Notes under the pieces: generated by a model
Seen by the model: the letters and a program-made list of their open reading frames with translations, nothing else
What the model was told of the DNA's origin: nothing
Database searches by the model: none
Assembly: GCA_030704615.1 (NCBI GenBank)
Contig: CM060732.1
Span: 26,598,001 to 26,662,000, forward strand
DNA from: Takakia lepidozioides
Lineage: Eukaryota > Plantae > Bryophyta
Length of the DNA stretch: 64,000 nt
Direction: 5' to 3'
Position numbers and translations under genes: made by a program
Part shown: positions 13,941-27,363 of the stretch, piece by piece
Layout: each line of letters opens with the position of its first letter
How positions within the stretch are numbered: position 1 is the first letter of the stretch

Positions 13941-14264
13941 TGCTATTGCAGGGTGGGGGCTTCTATTTCATGAGCGGCATGAGCATGAGCGGAAAAAAAA
14001 AAAAAAACATGAGCGGGCCATTGTGTGTCCACGGAAATAGGGTCATGTGGACTCGTCATAGCAATGAAATGCAACATTTTATTGCAAATTTTGTGGCAAG
14101 CCACGTCTATACAAGTGTCCCCTAACTGACATAGCTCCTACACCTTCCGAGGAACTTGGCCCTCCTTCTTCCTCATCCCCCTCATCCCCCCTATCCTCCG
14201 AGCTTTGTGATGCATCGGTTGCACACTGCCTCTCAAAAATTCCGTCCTCTCCTTGGGGGACTGT

Positions 14265-16495
14265 CTACCTCACCTCCTGGGAATCTTCTGCCTCTTCTCC
14301 CCCACTTTCCTCAGCAGAATCCAAGACAAATCTACGAGCCCGACGGGCTCTAATAGCTGCTGCCTCCTCCCTCATCTTCATTTTCTTGAGGCTTGCCTCG
14401 TCTAAAATCTGTTGTACACGACTAGGTTCGGAACACCTCCTAATGGACACCGAAGCAAGCCGGGCAGCATAAGTATGAAGGATGTAGTCCCTTTCTGGAC
14501 TAGGCATGAAATCCCCCTGGCAAAAAAAGGCACGTTCCTCCTGCCCATGAACTCCGGTGTAGACGTCCCTCCTGCAGTACTTGGCATCCTACAGTAAGAA
14601 CAAATCCACTTCAAGAATGTCAATACCAGCAGAAGCAGAAAGGGTTTTCAATGAAATAGGAGAGCAAAGGGAGGTGCCTAACGAAATCTGGAGGCAACTT
14701 ACAATGCGACCACTCACTCGTAAACCAGGGGCTCCTCGGCCTCGATCCCAACTTGTTCCTCCCCCTGCTCCTTCTCGGATTTTTCCTCATCCTCCGAGGA
14801 TGTCTCTTCCTCTTTGGGTAGACATTCAGCCGCTGCAAGTTCCGAGTTGTGGAGGGCAGTATCTGGCTCGAAGGCGAACACATGCCTGTCGGACAACATC
14901 CCTGCCCACATTGAAGCACCTAAGGAACAAAGCGGGCGGTTAATAGCTTGCGGCATGCAATTGCAATCGGGCCAGGGAACAAACTGAGCACATGAAGGCT
15001 TACCCGTGCCACATGTGAGGTCAAGAATCCGCCCTTGGACATCCGAGCACGTCTCCATGAGGGTTTGGATGAAAACAGGGCTCCGGGTCCGGCTGTACCG
15101 CCACGGTTTGCCTGTCTTTGTGTCCTTCGGCATACTGGAGTGGGGCACATAGTTGTAGAGGACATCGTAGGTAATAGGGTCCACAACAGCATCAACAAGA
15201 CGACCGTCATTGCGGAATTTGAACGTAGACCCTCTCTTCACAAAGCAATATGCCTCAAACACCAATGTCTGCACATCCAACAAAAGAGGGATCAACTCCG
15301 GGATCTAGTTTAGATACACCACAATATGAGGTGAATGCAATAGATTGATAACTTACACTTTGGCCCTCTGTTCGCAACCCCTGTGTATTGATGCAGAACC
15401 ATTTTCTGAGGAGGACCGGGGTGACACTTTTTGGTGTCCATCTTGCCACCACATTCTCTGTGGTCTTCCCTCTTGTGGCAAGGACAACCACACATCCACC
15501 GTCATCCAGGAGCATCCCCGCCAGCCCAAACCCAGCTTTCCAGTAGTCCTCAGTAAACCTGTTCCAGTTGGGCACACCATCCAGGCCCTCCAGCATCTCC
15601 CCATCTGGAATGTCGAGGAGAATCATATCGCAAGCTCTCTCCACCTCCCCCCCCCCCCCCCCGAGTGCTCTTGCAATCCGTGCTCACAGCCGTGAAGAAT
15701 TCCATCATGGCTTCAAAACCAGGGGTGTCTTTAGGTTCTGTACCGGCAGCCCTCTTCTTGGCTTTCCCCTTCTGCTCCGCCAGAGACTTGCTGTGTGCCA
15801 CCTTCTTTGCCCTGGCAGCAAGAGCATCAAGGAAGCTCTCATTGACGCATTGGATGATGGTTGGAGGTTCTAGCTTTGGCTTGTGCGTAAACGTCACCGC
15901 CGAATACTACCGTGTAGGCTCGCCCTCAAATGCCAACTTCTTGGCAGAGCCAGTCCCACTCCGAACTAACTTGGGAACCCGGACGACCGGTGACTTGGTA
16001 GCAGCAGTAGCAGTCGCAGGACCTTGAACAAAGTCGTCGTCCGAGTCACTCCCTTGGGTCCCCTCCTGCGCCTCCTCCGATGCCCCGATGGTTTTCTGTT
16101 TTTTGGGTGTTACTGTACTCACCTGTTTCCTTGTCCTTTTCTTTTGGCCTTTATTCTTCTCATTCAATTTCTCCTGAATTCCTGCCTGAGCAAGCTTTGC
16201 CGCTTTCCTGGAGTTCGCAAGCGCTTTTGCCTCTTTTGGACCCAGCGGAGGCAGCGGAGGCAGCGGAGCCCGGTTTCGTCGGGCCTCAACATCCAGCTTC
16301 AATTGAAACTCGGATGGGTCGAGCGAGCCGGGCGGAAGGTCCACATACCAAGGGCAATCACGCAAATGTTCCAGATGCCACTCCTTCACAATAACGTCAG
16401 TGTACATGGAGTCAGCCCCAGGGTTCCTCCATGCCAGGAAGAATGGTGGCTCGAAAGACAGATGACCTTTCTCCAAAAGGGAGAACTTGCAGTAC
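14265..16495 (-). pseudogene. 3' exons of the ParB-MTase gene: beta-class N4C/N6A DNA-methyltransferase-like domain plus acidic tail
   Basis: CDMILLDIPDG (motif IV-like) precedes RSPVFIQTLMETCSDVQGRILDLTCGTG|intron|GASMWAGMLSDRHVFAFEPD (motifs X-I-II). GT-AG introns at about 15355-15270, 15003-14920 and 14716-14591. Confidence 0.7.
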
Positions 16496-16524
16496 CTGCA
16501 TTCATGAAAAACACAGAATGAGGT

Positions 16525-17265
16525 CCCTGAACTGGAAATTCGGCACCATTTTCCCAGGTTGGGGCGGAATTGACTGGGCCTAGAACTGGAAAAATGGCGC
16601 CGAATTTCGGTTTCGGTGCCAGCCACCCTAGGGACTTAGCCATTTTGGGAGCCCAGAACTGGAAATTTGGCGCCATTTTCCCAGGTCCGGGCCAAAAATG
16701 GCTAAGTCCCTGAACTGACTGGCCCTGGAATTGGAAAAATGGCGCCGAATTTCGGTTTTCGGTGCCAGCCACCCTAGGGACTTAGCCATTTTGGGAGCCC
16801 AGAACTGGAAATTCGGCGCCATTTTCCCAGGTCCGGGCCGAAAATGGCTAAGTCCCTGAACTGACTGGCCCTGGAATTGGAAAAATGGCGCCGCATTTCG
16901 GTTTTCGGTGCCAGCCACCCTAGGGACTTAGCCATTTTGGGAGCCCAGAACTGGAAATTCGGCGTCATTTTCCCAGGTCTGGGCCGAAAATGGCTAAGTC
17001 TCTGAACTGACTGGCCCTGGAATTGGAAAAATGGCGCCGAATTTCGGTTTTCGGTGCCAGCCACCCTAGGGACTTAGCCATTTTGGGAGCCCTAAACTGG
17101 AAATTCGGCGTCATTTTCCCAGGTCCGGCCCGAAAATGGCTAAGTCCCAGAACTGACTGGGCCTTGAACTGGAAAAATGGCGCCAAATTTCGGTTTTCGG
17201 TGCCAGCCACTCTAGGGACTTAGCCATTTTGGGAGCCCTGGACTGGAAATTCGGCGCCATTTTTC
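16525..17265. repeat. 146-bp tandem satellite (about 5 units) built from internal inverted motifs
   Basis: The 146-bp period shows in repeated ORF starts 16772/16918/17064/17210. Each unit has GGGACTTAGCCATTTT/AAAATGGCTAAGTCCC and GAAATTCGGCGCCATTTT/AAAATGGCGCCGAATTTC. Confidence 0.95.
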
Positions 17266-20200
17266 CAAGGACCAATTTTAAGAGAAAGGAGAAGTTGAAG
17301 AGGGATAACTATGAGAAAAGATTGGAAGAAATCTTGAAGAAGTATGCCACAGAGGCTGCAACACATTGGAGGAAGGGTGTATGGTGTGCAAAGTGCCAGA
17401 ATGAAGGCCATACCACCACAGAATGCCACATAAAGGAGAAACACTGTACTATCTGTAAAATGGATAACCATTTTACTGAGAATTGTTACTACAACAGAAG
17501 GACAGCTGCGAGAGAACCTAGGCAAGTAAGGGTGCATCAGGTGCAGCCCCAGCCAAGAAGAAACAATGATCAGGACCACTATGGTAGGTCTGGTGGTTAT
17601 AACAATGGCATGGAAGGGAGAGGTAATTCAAGAGGGAATTACCAAGGAAATTCCAGAGGCAACTATCAGGGTAATCCAAGGGGGAATTACCAGCCCGGGA
17701 ATCAGGATTACAGAAATAATCCAAGAGCAGACCAAGGGCGAGGACCCAATGGTGAAGAACTATGTTACTATTGTAATCAGCCAGGACATCGCAAGGCAGC
17801 CTGTTCATTCTGGATTAGACACCAGAATGAGATGAGAGCTCCTATGAATGAGGGCCCAGTGGTGGCAGCTCACATGGTTAGGCCATGTGTTGTACCAGAA
17901 GTAAGTACAATGATAGTAACAAGAAGTAAAGCCAAACTAATACCTCCAATAGTAGAGGAAGAGGATGATAATCAAGGTGGCAGTGATATGCCTGAAGATG
18001 ATGAGGCTTGGAGAGATGAGAAGGAACTGCACGAGGAAGTGGCAGATACCATAAGGGAAATGCAGAAGAGTACTGATATTCCTATGGCAGATTCCTCTGA
18101 TTCTGATGGAAAAGAAGAAGTGAGTGAGGATAACAGGAAGAAAAAAAATGCAGACATGCAAAGTAATGAAGAGACTTTGGCTGAAGTAATATGCCAGACC
18201 AAAGCAGAGATTACCATTGGACAGCTATTGACTGTGGCACCTTATTGTAGGCACAGGCTGTATCAAGCAATCAATCGAATTGCCCAGGAGACAGGAAACA
18301 CAGACCTGAACAGCAAGGTGACCAGTTATAATGTGAAGCCGGAAGGGCGAGAAACAGTCATGGACTTTGATGATTCTATGCCAGTAATCCAATTGAGAAT
18401 TGGAAGCACAGAACTAACTGATAGATGGAGGTTCTGGAGTAAATATCATGACAGACCAATTAAGAAAGAAGCTTGGTCTAAGTAACATGAAACCAGCCCC
18501 ATTTACAGTAACAATGGCAGATCAAAGAAGTGTACAGCCATTGGGATTAATAAGAGGAGTTAAGATACAGATACAGAATATGATCTTTATGATCACAGTA
18601 ACTGTGTTGAAGATGGATGAAGTCATGGAGGCTTACTCCTTATTATTGGGACGTCCGTGGCTGAAACAGGCCAGGGTATTCCATGACTGGAATTCTCAGT
18701 TACTAACCGTGCATAATGGGATACACGAGAGACAAATTACCACAAAGAAATCTAGTAGATTACCTGCTACGAGAAGACCTCGAGGAGTCAGAGAGTATGA
18801 CTGGAGAGGAGGACTGGATGAGGAGCAGGAAGCTACCATGTTTGCTGCACACCCAGAGTGGGAGCAGGTTGCAGAGATGCGGCTGGAAGGCCTAAGTTGT
18901 TTAAGGGGTATCTGTTGTGGTGTAGTGTCAACAACACCGATTGAAGAGGAAACCAGCAGTTACCCATCACATTTCTATGAAGAAAAGAAGGAGAAATGGA
19001 AATCCTAGAGGAACCAGCCACTGTGAGTTTACAGGATGAAGTGGTGACTGGTTGGACAATCACAGCTGATGAGCAAGTGAGGGAAGTGAATGTGGGAACT
19101 AAAGAGGAACCAAGGATGGTGAAGGTAGGAGCTGATTTGGAGCCAGAATTCTTTGAAGAAGCTAAGAGTTTGTTCATCAAATACAAAGATGTATTTGCTT
19201 GGAGCTATGAGGATTTAAAAGGGATACCACCTGAAATCTGTCAGCATAAGATTGAACTGGAACCGGGGTCAGTACCAATCAAGCAGGCAAGGTACAGAAT
19301 GAATCCCAACTACGCACAGAAGGTTGGAGAAGAGATCAAGAAGTTGGCTGAGGCTAAGTTTATATACCCAATAGAATATACAACTTGGTTGTCACCCATT
19401 GTGATAGTTCCCAAGAAGAATGGTAAACTAAGAGTTTGTGTGAACTACAAGAAGCTGAATGCTTGTACGAAGAAAGATCATTTCCCTTTGCCATTCACAG
19501 AAGCAGTATTAGACACTGTGGCAAGCCATGAGATGTACTCATTCATGGATGGCTTCAGTGGTTATAATCAAGTGCAAGTGGCAGAAGAAGACCAAGGAAA
19601 AACAGCTTCATCACAGACTGGGGTGCTTATGCATACAAAGTCATGCCCTTTGGACTTTGTAATGCACCAGCGACCTTTTAGAGAGTGATAAGTGAATCTT
19701 TTCATGAGTATCTGGATGATTTCATGCAGGTATTCTTGGATGATTTCAGTGTGTACAGCTCTAAGAATGAGCACTTACATAAATTGGAGTTATGTCTGGT
19801 CAGATGCAGGATGAGAGGTCTGGGCCTGAATCCAGAGAAGTGTATTTTTTGTGTGAACTCAGGGGTGCTTCTGGGACACATTGTGTGTAAGAGGGGACTT
19901 CTTGTGGATCCCAGGAAAACAGAGGCCATTAAAGCCTCTCCACCACCAGTGAATGTTAAGAGTCTAAGGAGATTCCTTGGACAAACAAGCTATTACAGAA
20001 GATTTGTTAGACGGTATGCACAGATAGCAGCACCATTGAGCAAACTTCTGAAGAAAGATGCAGTGTTTGCATGGACACCTGAATGTCAACAGGCTTTTGA
20101 GGAACTTACATTGTCAGTAACAACTACACCTGTGCTGATTAGTCCTCACTGGCAGGAAATATTTCATGTTCACTGTGATGCTTCTGGAGAAGCACTAGGA

Positions 20201-21860
20201 GCAGTGTTAGCCCAAAATGTAACAGGAAGGATAGATTCACCTGTGTACTATGCTAGCCGATTGATGAACAATGCCGAAAGAAATTATAGCACAACGGAAA
20301 GAGAAGCATTGGCAATGATCTATGCAGTGAAGAGAATTCAGGCATTACCTGTTGGGCAAGAAGTTTATGTTCTATGTGGATCACCAGGCTCTGATATACC
20401 TGGTAAACAAACCTCTGATAAGCGGAAGAATAGCAAGATGGTTGATAATCTTGCACGAGTTTGAGTTCGAGGTTGTTTACAAGCCTGGGAGACTGCATCT
20501 TGTGGGGATCACTTGTCACGGTAACAACAGGAGAACCAGCCACAGGAGTAGATGATCAATTACCAGATGCGAGTCTATTTGCAGTGGAGGTGCAGGGAAG
20601 TGCAGATGACTGGTTAGATTGGCAGTGGCCAATCAGATACTACCTTGCTCATGGTCAGTGTCCACCAAGTTATGGAAAGGAGCAAAGAAAGAGAATTGCT
20701 AACAAGGCTCTACCTTACACTATGGTAGGGAGCAGAATGTATAAGCTAGGACCAGATGGAGTGTTGAAGCGATGCTTATACCACCATGAAGTTAATAAAG
20801 TTTTGGAGGAAGTTCATAAAGGAGTGGCAGGAGGTCATTTTGGAGAAGAGACTACCAGCAGGAAAATACTACATGCAGGTTACTGGTGGCCTACTTTGTT
20901 CAAAGATGTACACAAGTATTGTCAGAGTTGTGATGAATGTCAGAGGCTATGACCTTTGCAGAGATTTGGGAAAATGTCTTTGCATCCTACAATGCCTACG
21001 AAACCATTTCAGAAATGGGGACTAGACTTTGTTGGACCAATTAACCCACCAGCCAAGAATACACAGAATAGGTACATAATTACAGCCACTGATTATACTA
21101 CGAAGTGGGTGGAAGCTAAAGCTTTGAGGGACAACACAGCCAAGTCCACAGCAGGTTTCTGTATGAGAACATACTTACACGATTTGGCTGTCCCTTGGAA
21201 TTTATCAGTGATCAGGGAAGTCACTTCATTAATGAGACCATTGAATTGTTGACTAAAGAATTCATGATTGTGCATAGGAAGAGTACAACATATTACCCAC
21301 AGGGTAATGGGCAGGCAGAGGCTACCAACAAAATACTATGTACTCTCTTGGCTAAGATAGTCAATGCAAACAGAACGGATTGGGATACAAAGCTGCTGAC
21401 AGCTTTGTGGTCATACAGGACTTCATATAAAGTCACCACTAAGTATACACCATTCAATTAGTTTATGGTATAGAAGCCTTACTTCCAGTGGAATTCTTGT
21501 TACCTACCATGAGAACGGAATGGGAAAAAGAATGGAATTGCAAGATTCCATTAAAGTCAGGAAACATGAATTATACCATGTGGAAGAAGTACGTGCTGAT
21601 GCAGCTGATAATATGACCAGAATTCAGATGAAGAGGAAGGAACAGTTTGATGAAGGCAAGTTAAAGACTTTTAAGACGGGAGATTTGGTTCTATGGTTGC
21701 AGAAGAAAGGAAAGATTAAAGCTTTTAAGCTTAAATCACCATGGAAAGGACCTTATGTCATACAAAAGATGTATGATAACAACACCGCCATGTTACAAAC
21801 CCATTAACAAAGAGATGCTGGGAAGAGTCAAGCTAATAAGTTGAAGGGGTACAGTGGTAT
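17265..21860 (+). pseudogene. gag(3' part)-pol, multiply frameshifted
   Basis: ORFs 17229-18485, 18448-19008, 18996-19688, 19685-20464, 20461-20952, 20956-21252, 21195-21461 and 21520-21807 in the order PR-RT-RH-INT. Confidence 0.93.
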
Positions 21861-22765
21861 CCATGACAAAACCATTGCAGCATGATTTGTTGTTGAAACG
21901 CAAAAGCCAGTCACGGGCTGCGCCAGTACCACGGAGTAAGGAGTATGGAGCACTTGTCGCTAGCCGAGCATATGTGACCAGGGCGGGCAGAACAACGTGA
22001 CACAGCCTATAATAGCCCCTCACGACGCGACACAACTATCACAGCCCATCACGACGGGACACAGCCATCATAGCCATCACGGCGCGACAGCATATCAAGC
22101 CAAGCACAACACAACACAGCCTATCACAACCTACCACAGCCTACTAGGGTTACACAATCCATAGAATCAGTGACAGGTGGACGCAGGATAACTTCAGGAA
22201 ATGGCCGGCGGAAGAAAGGACGGAAGCCAGTTTAGAAAGGGACACGTGGAAGTCAGGGCGCAACACACAGCTGAGAAGGAAGTGCAAGAACGGATGTCAT
22301 CAAGAAAGAGGACAAGAATGGCCGTCAAAATACCTAATTAGCACGTCAATTGGATGAATGGCGGGCCCATTAATGAATACGAAAAGGGGCAACAGAACAA
22401 ACGGCAAGTACAGAAAAGCGAAATTCTTGTCACATGTGTTATCCTAGTGGACAGTCCAGCAGGGAAAGTCCACTAAAGAAAATTAAATCTAAAATCCAGT
22501 CACAGCGGTTACAGCCAATCGAAAGCAGAGAAGGGATCAAGAAATTGGAGGGAAATTAAGCGCAAGAGTCGGCGTCGTTCTAGTAACGGGCGTCTCGACG
22601 GGACAAACCATCAATGCTAGCTTTGAAGCTATGGAGGAACTAACAGACTATACGCTCGCAATTTACTTACGCAGTGGCATAGGGACGAAAGAACAGAGCG
22701 GATCTTTTCTCTTGATCGATGCTTGCAAGCCCCGCAGGCTTACAAGAAATTACCCATAGCTTTTT

Positions 22766-25700
22766 GTGGCAACCATACGTTTATGCTTTGTGCCTCAGGC
22801 ATTTCTTCAATTGTTACAGCCAAAACATTTCTGTGGGTCTAGAATGAAGAGAGTGAGAGGAATGGAGGAAATCAGGGTGAAGAGCACCACAATCCTGCAG
22901 AAACAAACGATTGCTACTCCACAGGCGATACAGTTACTGAAGGAGCTGAGATTGCAAGGATTGCAAAGCAAAGATTGGACATTGCACCATAGACAGTACA
23001 TGTTACAATTCTTGCAGAACTTTGAGCCAAGGACAGGAGCAACAACGGTGAAGGGAGTTGAATTAGTAATTACTCCCCTATACCTACAGCAATTGTTTCG
23101 ATTGCCAGCAGGTCAGGTGCATGTGGAGGAGCACAGGGCAAGACTGCAAATAGGGGACTTATTCCAAGAAGGGAGTTTCTTTAAAACTCAGGGTTATGCT
23201 TGTACCAAGGCCGTGTACCCAGGGCTAAGGAGGTAGGCCAGGTATTGAACGTTCTGTTTGCCATGAAACAGAACCAACAGTATTTGAGCAGATCCTTCAC
23301 AGAGGAAATACTCAAAGCCCTGAGAGGAGAAGAGGTAGAATGGGCGGACATAATGTACAACGCACTGGTAGAGGAGATGAAAAGATTACAGGGTACTGCC
23401 GCAAAGTCTCCTATCATAGTGTCTGGCCAATCATTGCTCAAATAATTCTTGATTCTGGCATACTTGATGCGCGAGAAAGAAAGGAGATGGGAGTGTTTGA
23501 GCCAGAAACCACTGCAATGGAAGAGCAAGGCTCTTCACACAGTGAGGAGGGTGGACTGGCAGGGCAACCCGAGAATAAGAGACAGAGGCGGGGAAAGACT
23601 GTAGTGGCGGATCCACTGGCTTCACGGAATCCGCATGATAATGTTTCCCAAGTTTTTGTGCAGGAAGGGGCACAGCAGCACAGAGGCAGGACCTTCAGAG
23701 AGGGAAGAGGAAGTTACTTCAGTATCACAGCCATCACAGCCAGAGGATCGGCTTGTCACAAGGTTACCACAAGTTGTCCATGCAGTTCAACCAGAAATAA
23801 TTGATTTGAAAAAGAAGGGTTAGATATTCCCACTACAGAACAGGTGGTGGCAGAAATTGAGAAGGGGGACCTTCTCTATGAATATTCTGGTATGGTCAGG
23901 ACACAGTGATTCCGGAGGTGCAACTTGTCCAGGGGAAACCCTGCGGTGCATATAATACACACACCTGTGACGGAGGTACCACAGGTAGAATGTCAAGACA
24001 CTGCAACCGGTGACGGATGAAGTGGTTCAGGAAGAAAATCTGGTGGGGCAATGGCCTGAATGGTTCGTAAGGCATCACACTGTTGAGGATCAGGGAGAAC
24101 AGCAGCAAGCTCACCATGATGACCCTCAACAGGCTATGCTTATGAGTTCCATAAGCAGGACACTTAATTTGTTGGGTACTTATGTCAAATCCCATGTTCC
24201 CACTACTCAATTGGCAGCTTTGAGGGAGGAACTCAGGAAGGAGTTTGAGGCTCGACTTGCCACAGAGTGTGCAAACAAGGTCGATGAAGAGGTCACTCTC
24301 AAAATGCAGCAAGACTTGGAGAGTACAGAAGCGGCTTTGCAATTGGCCAAGGAACAATTGATTGAGGCAGGCCTCGCACAAGACCACTTGCACGAAGCAC
24401 ATAAGCAACAGCTATACCAAATGCAGGTGAAGCATGAAAGCAAGTTGCAAGAAGTGAATGCACTACATATGGAGTTGCAGACAGTGCATGACAGGATGGC
24501 CATACAATGTGCTACACTCACAACTATGCTTGACCAATCTACAAAAGAAATAAACAGTCAAGCGGAAAAATGTACGAAGGCAGAGGAAGAGAATGTTGAG
24601 CAAATGAAACTCATTGTCGATATGAAGAATACAATCTGTCGCAATGAGGATACTTTCAAGCAATACAGGCAGGTTGAAGCTGACCAAGAGAGGCACATCC
24701 TGGAGTTGCAACAAACGGTCATGGCCAATAGAAATGAAATCTCGGTCACTAACAAGCTTGGAAGGAAGCCAATAATCTGCTTGCTGCCTATGCGAATTTG
24801 GTTGAACCTCATGCGAAGCGCATGGAGGCTTTACAACAGCAGTTAGATGTGTACAAACTCAGAGAGGAGCACACTCTCAGAGGAACCACAAGCAACTTGG
24901 TGGATAACCACCTTATGCAGGTCTGGTTAGCACAAGGGCCAGTGGAGGGCAAAGCACCACGAAAGCTCACCCAAAGCGAGATGAATGAGCTCAGACTGCA
25001 AGTGCAGAACATTGCCACAACTACTATAGACAATGTCTATAGTAGGATAGCGGAGTTACAGGAGGATGTAGACGGCCTGCAGACTCAAGTGGAGGACCTC
25101 ACTTCAAATATCGACAAAGAGAGTCTATATACCTGAGGAACAGCTAATGGCTTCTTATTTACAAGCCAGAACTTTGGCTTTTCAGTCTTCTTCACAGGAG
25201 GTGCAGGAGATGCCAATGATACAAGAGCCAGTGCCACCAACACCACAACAAGTCACTGTGCCAGTAGCTGACCCTGTTGTTACTACAGCCACACCACAGC
25301 CACCACAGCCTGAGGTATGGGGAAATGCTGCTTTTAACCCACCTAAAACTCCAGCTACAGTAGGGCTATGATTATGCCCTTCAACCAAATTCCCATTGTG
25401 TTGGATTTGGTTTGGAAAGAATTTAGTCCTCCGCAGTCATTGGCACATTACTATCAAATCATGCGCATTGGCTGCCAGTGGCAACTAGGACTAAAGTTCT
25501 TCCGAACAATCGACCAATTGAGGATCATCACTTTGCACAGTACTGGCATGAGGCAGGTACCATGTTGAAGGAATTAATTGCTTCCAAGTTGTACATGGAT
25601 TCATTTATACCAAGACCAAGGAGGTAGCAAGTATTGTCATGGGATGCGGGTTATACTACGCTGCTTGTTTTCTGGTACGTTATCACATTGAGCAGCACAA

Positions 25701-26352
25701 GATGCAATCGCGCTTTCTGAGTTATTCCAGTGGGGATCATTGGGTCTTACCTTCAGTGCCACCTCATATGTACCTATATGAGGCAAAAGTTATGATACAA
25801 AAGATTCTCAAATTCGTTCATGGTTTCATGCGGCCTGGAACAATTTGTCAACACAGAAATTCGGCCTGATGATATTTTCTTTAAGGACATGAGGCATGGA
25901 AATACTTGCACAATTCACAAGTCATTGGTTCCTCACCTGGACAGACAAGGAGCTCAGGGTCTTCACCAATTTTGGCCACCAAAGTTTTAAAGTTTAAACT
26001 TCCAGACATGGTAGGACAACATTGTATGCCCCAGAGGATTCCACAAAAAGTTCGACAATTAAAACACCTGAGAGGCGATGAGGATTCTGATACAACTGTT
26101 TCTTCAGCGGACTCTTTTGACATGGGAGAAGACTATGCAATCAGATGGCAGAGAAGAAGCGACGGGGGTCTCCTATGCCTGAAAGGTTACCTCGATATCA
26201 GCCTCCAGAGGGCCTCACATATCCAGGTAGTGTTCAATCATCTCCGTCAACCAGTGACAGACCTCGGGCTCGTACACACAGTCCGCCACGAACTCTCAAC
26301 GTCAGAAAGGTGCTCGCTCACAAAGGTTTGCTAATCCCAATCAGTAAACCGT
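22766..26352 (+). pseudogene. Extra sense-strand ORF(s) between integrase and the 3' LTR, including a long coiled-coil; function unknown
   Basis: Overlapping ORFs 22766-23236, 23200-23445, 23340-23804, 24010-24846 (E/Q/L heptad-rich) and 24798-25136 lie inside the element. Confidence 0.6.
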
Positions 26353-26385
26353 GAGGACACGGCTTTTTGAGAGGGGAAGGGGTAA

Positions 26386-27363
26386 TGTTAGAGGACTGTC
26401 TGGGACTTAGACACTTATACGGGATCTGTGGGGTACCCTTAATTTTTGCACAGACTGAGACCAACAGGAGCCTTAGGGGTGACAGCAGCGCACTTTAGGG
26501 GGGGTTACACAGCCCGTCACAGACACAGCCGACACACCCACACAGCACACAGACAAGTCACAGCCAACACAGCTCACAGTCACAGTCGCTTCACAGCCAC
26601 ACACCACACAGTCGCACAGCCAGTCACAGCTCACAGCCTCACAGTTTCACACAGCCAGTCACAGCTTGACACAGCTGTCACGACCATAGGGAACGGATAG
26701 CAGAACAGGGAACGACTGTGGGGAACAACACCTGCGAAGGGAACATGTTAGTTCGGATGACGGTTAGTGAGGGAAACGTTAGAACAACGGGTAGGAAGAT
26801 AAAGCTAGGAGCAAGGACTGGAAAAGATCAATTCTTGATCACTTCGGGGGGAATCACTGCTGGAAGGAGTGGGAGGAGCACTTCTTGGGGAAGACTTCGT
26901 CACTGGGGAAAGGAGGAGAGAGCGTATCTCTGAGCAGAAAGAGGGAGAGCACGGAGTAGGAGGAGGATCTGTTGATGCTTAATGAATGCAGGCAGTAGAA
27001 TTGTAATGTAGAGCAGATTAGAGACTCCATGGCTTCAGCCTGATACTTGATAGATATTAATCTGATACACACTTCATACTCACACTGTGTAGAGAGATCT
27101 GAGTGAAACTGTGGAATGAATGGATGAGTTGATGGAATCCGATAGATTGATGAAGCAAACTGATACTTAATTACCAACAATAAGGTAACTAGCTAACATG
27201 AATGCGGGAAGGAAAACAAATAGGAAACACCCCCATGATACACTAGCTGTAGGTCATGACTGATTGTTCTGAGCGGGTTGAGTACTTAGAGATTTCCAAC
27301 TCTTCTATCTTGGAGTTTTCGCCTCGGATAGCGAAGGGATGGGTGAGTAAAAGCCGCGCGACA
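26386..27363 (+). repeat. 3' LTR (TG...CA) followed by TSD CCCCC at 27364-27368
   Basis: TGTTAGAGGAC...GCCGCGCGACA, homologous to 41969-42918 and preceded by the PPT. Confidence 0.95.

Larger units (their letters stand above)
17265..27363 (+). mobile_element. Ty3/gypsy non-chromovirus LTR retrotransposon, 3' half (gag zinc knuckles, PR, RT, RH, INT, extra 3' ORFs, PPT, 3' LTR)
   Basis: Three CCHC knuckles, frameshifted DGGSGVN protease, RT FMDGFSGYNQ...FLDDF, RH HCDAS, INT GHFG..CDEC and [25 protein letters not shown] at about 26369-26382. Confidence 0.95.

Noticed and set aside
13949-14060. CAGGGTGGGGG plus CATGAGC repeats as a terminus of the ParB-MTase element
   Set aside because: Plausible, but no partner end is visible in the window.
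16386-17223. Repeated MAGTENRN... ORFs (similar ones at 32203-33116 and 36025-36468)
   Set aside because: Translations of satellite or palindrome DNA.
16525-17265. CRISPR-like look of the palindromic repeats (also 32336-33127 and 36150-36450)
   Set aside because: The intervening sequences are themselves repeated, there are no cas genes, and the context is eukaryotic.
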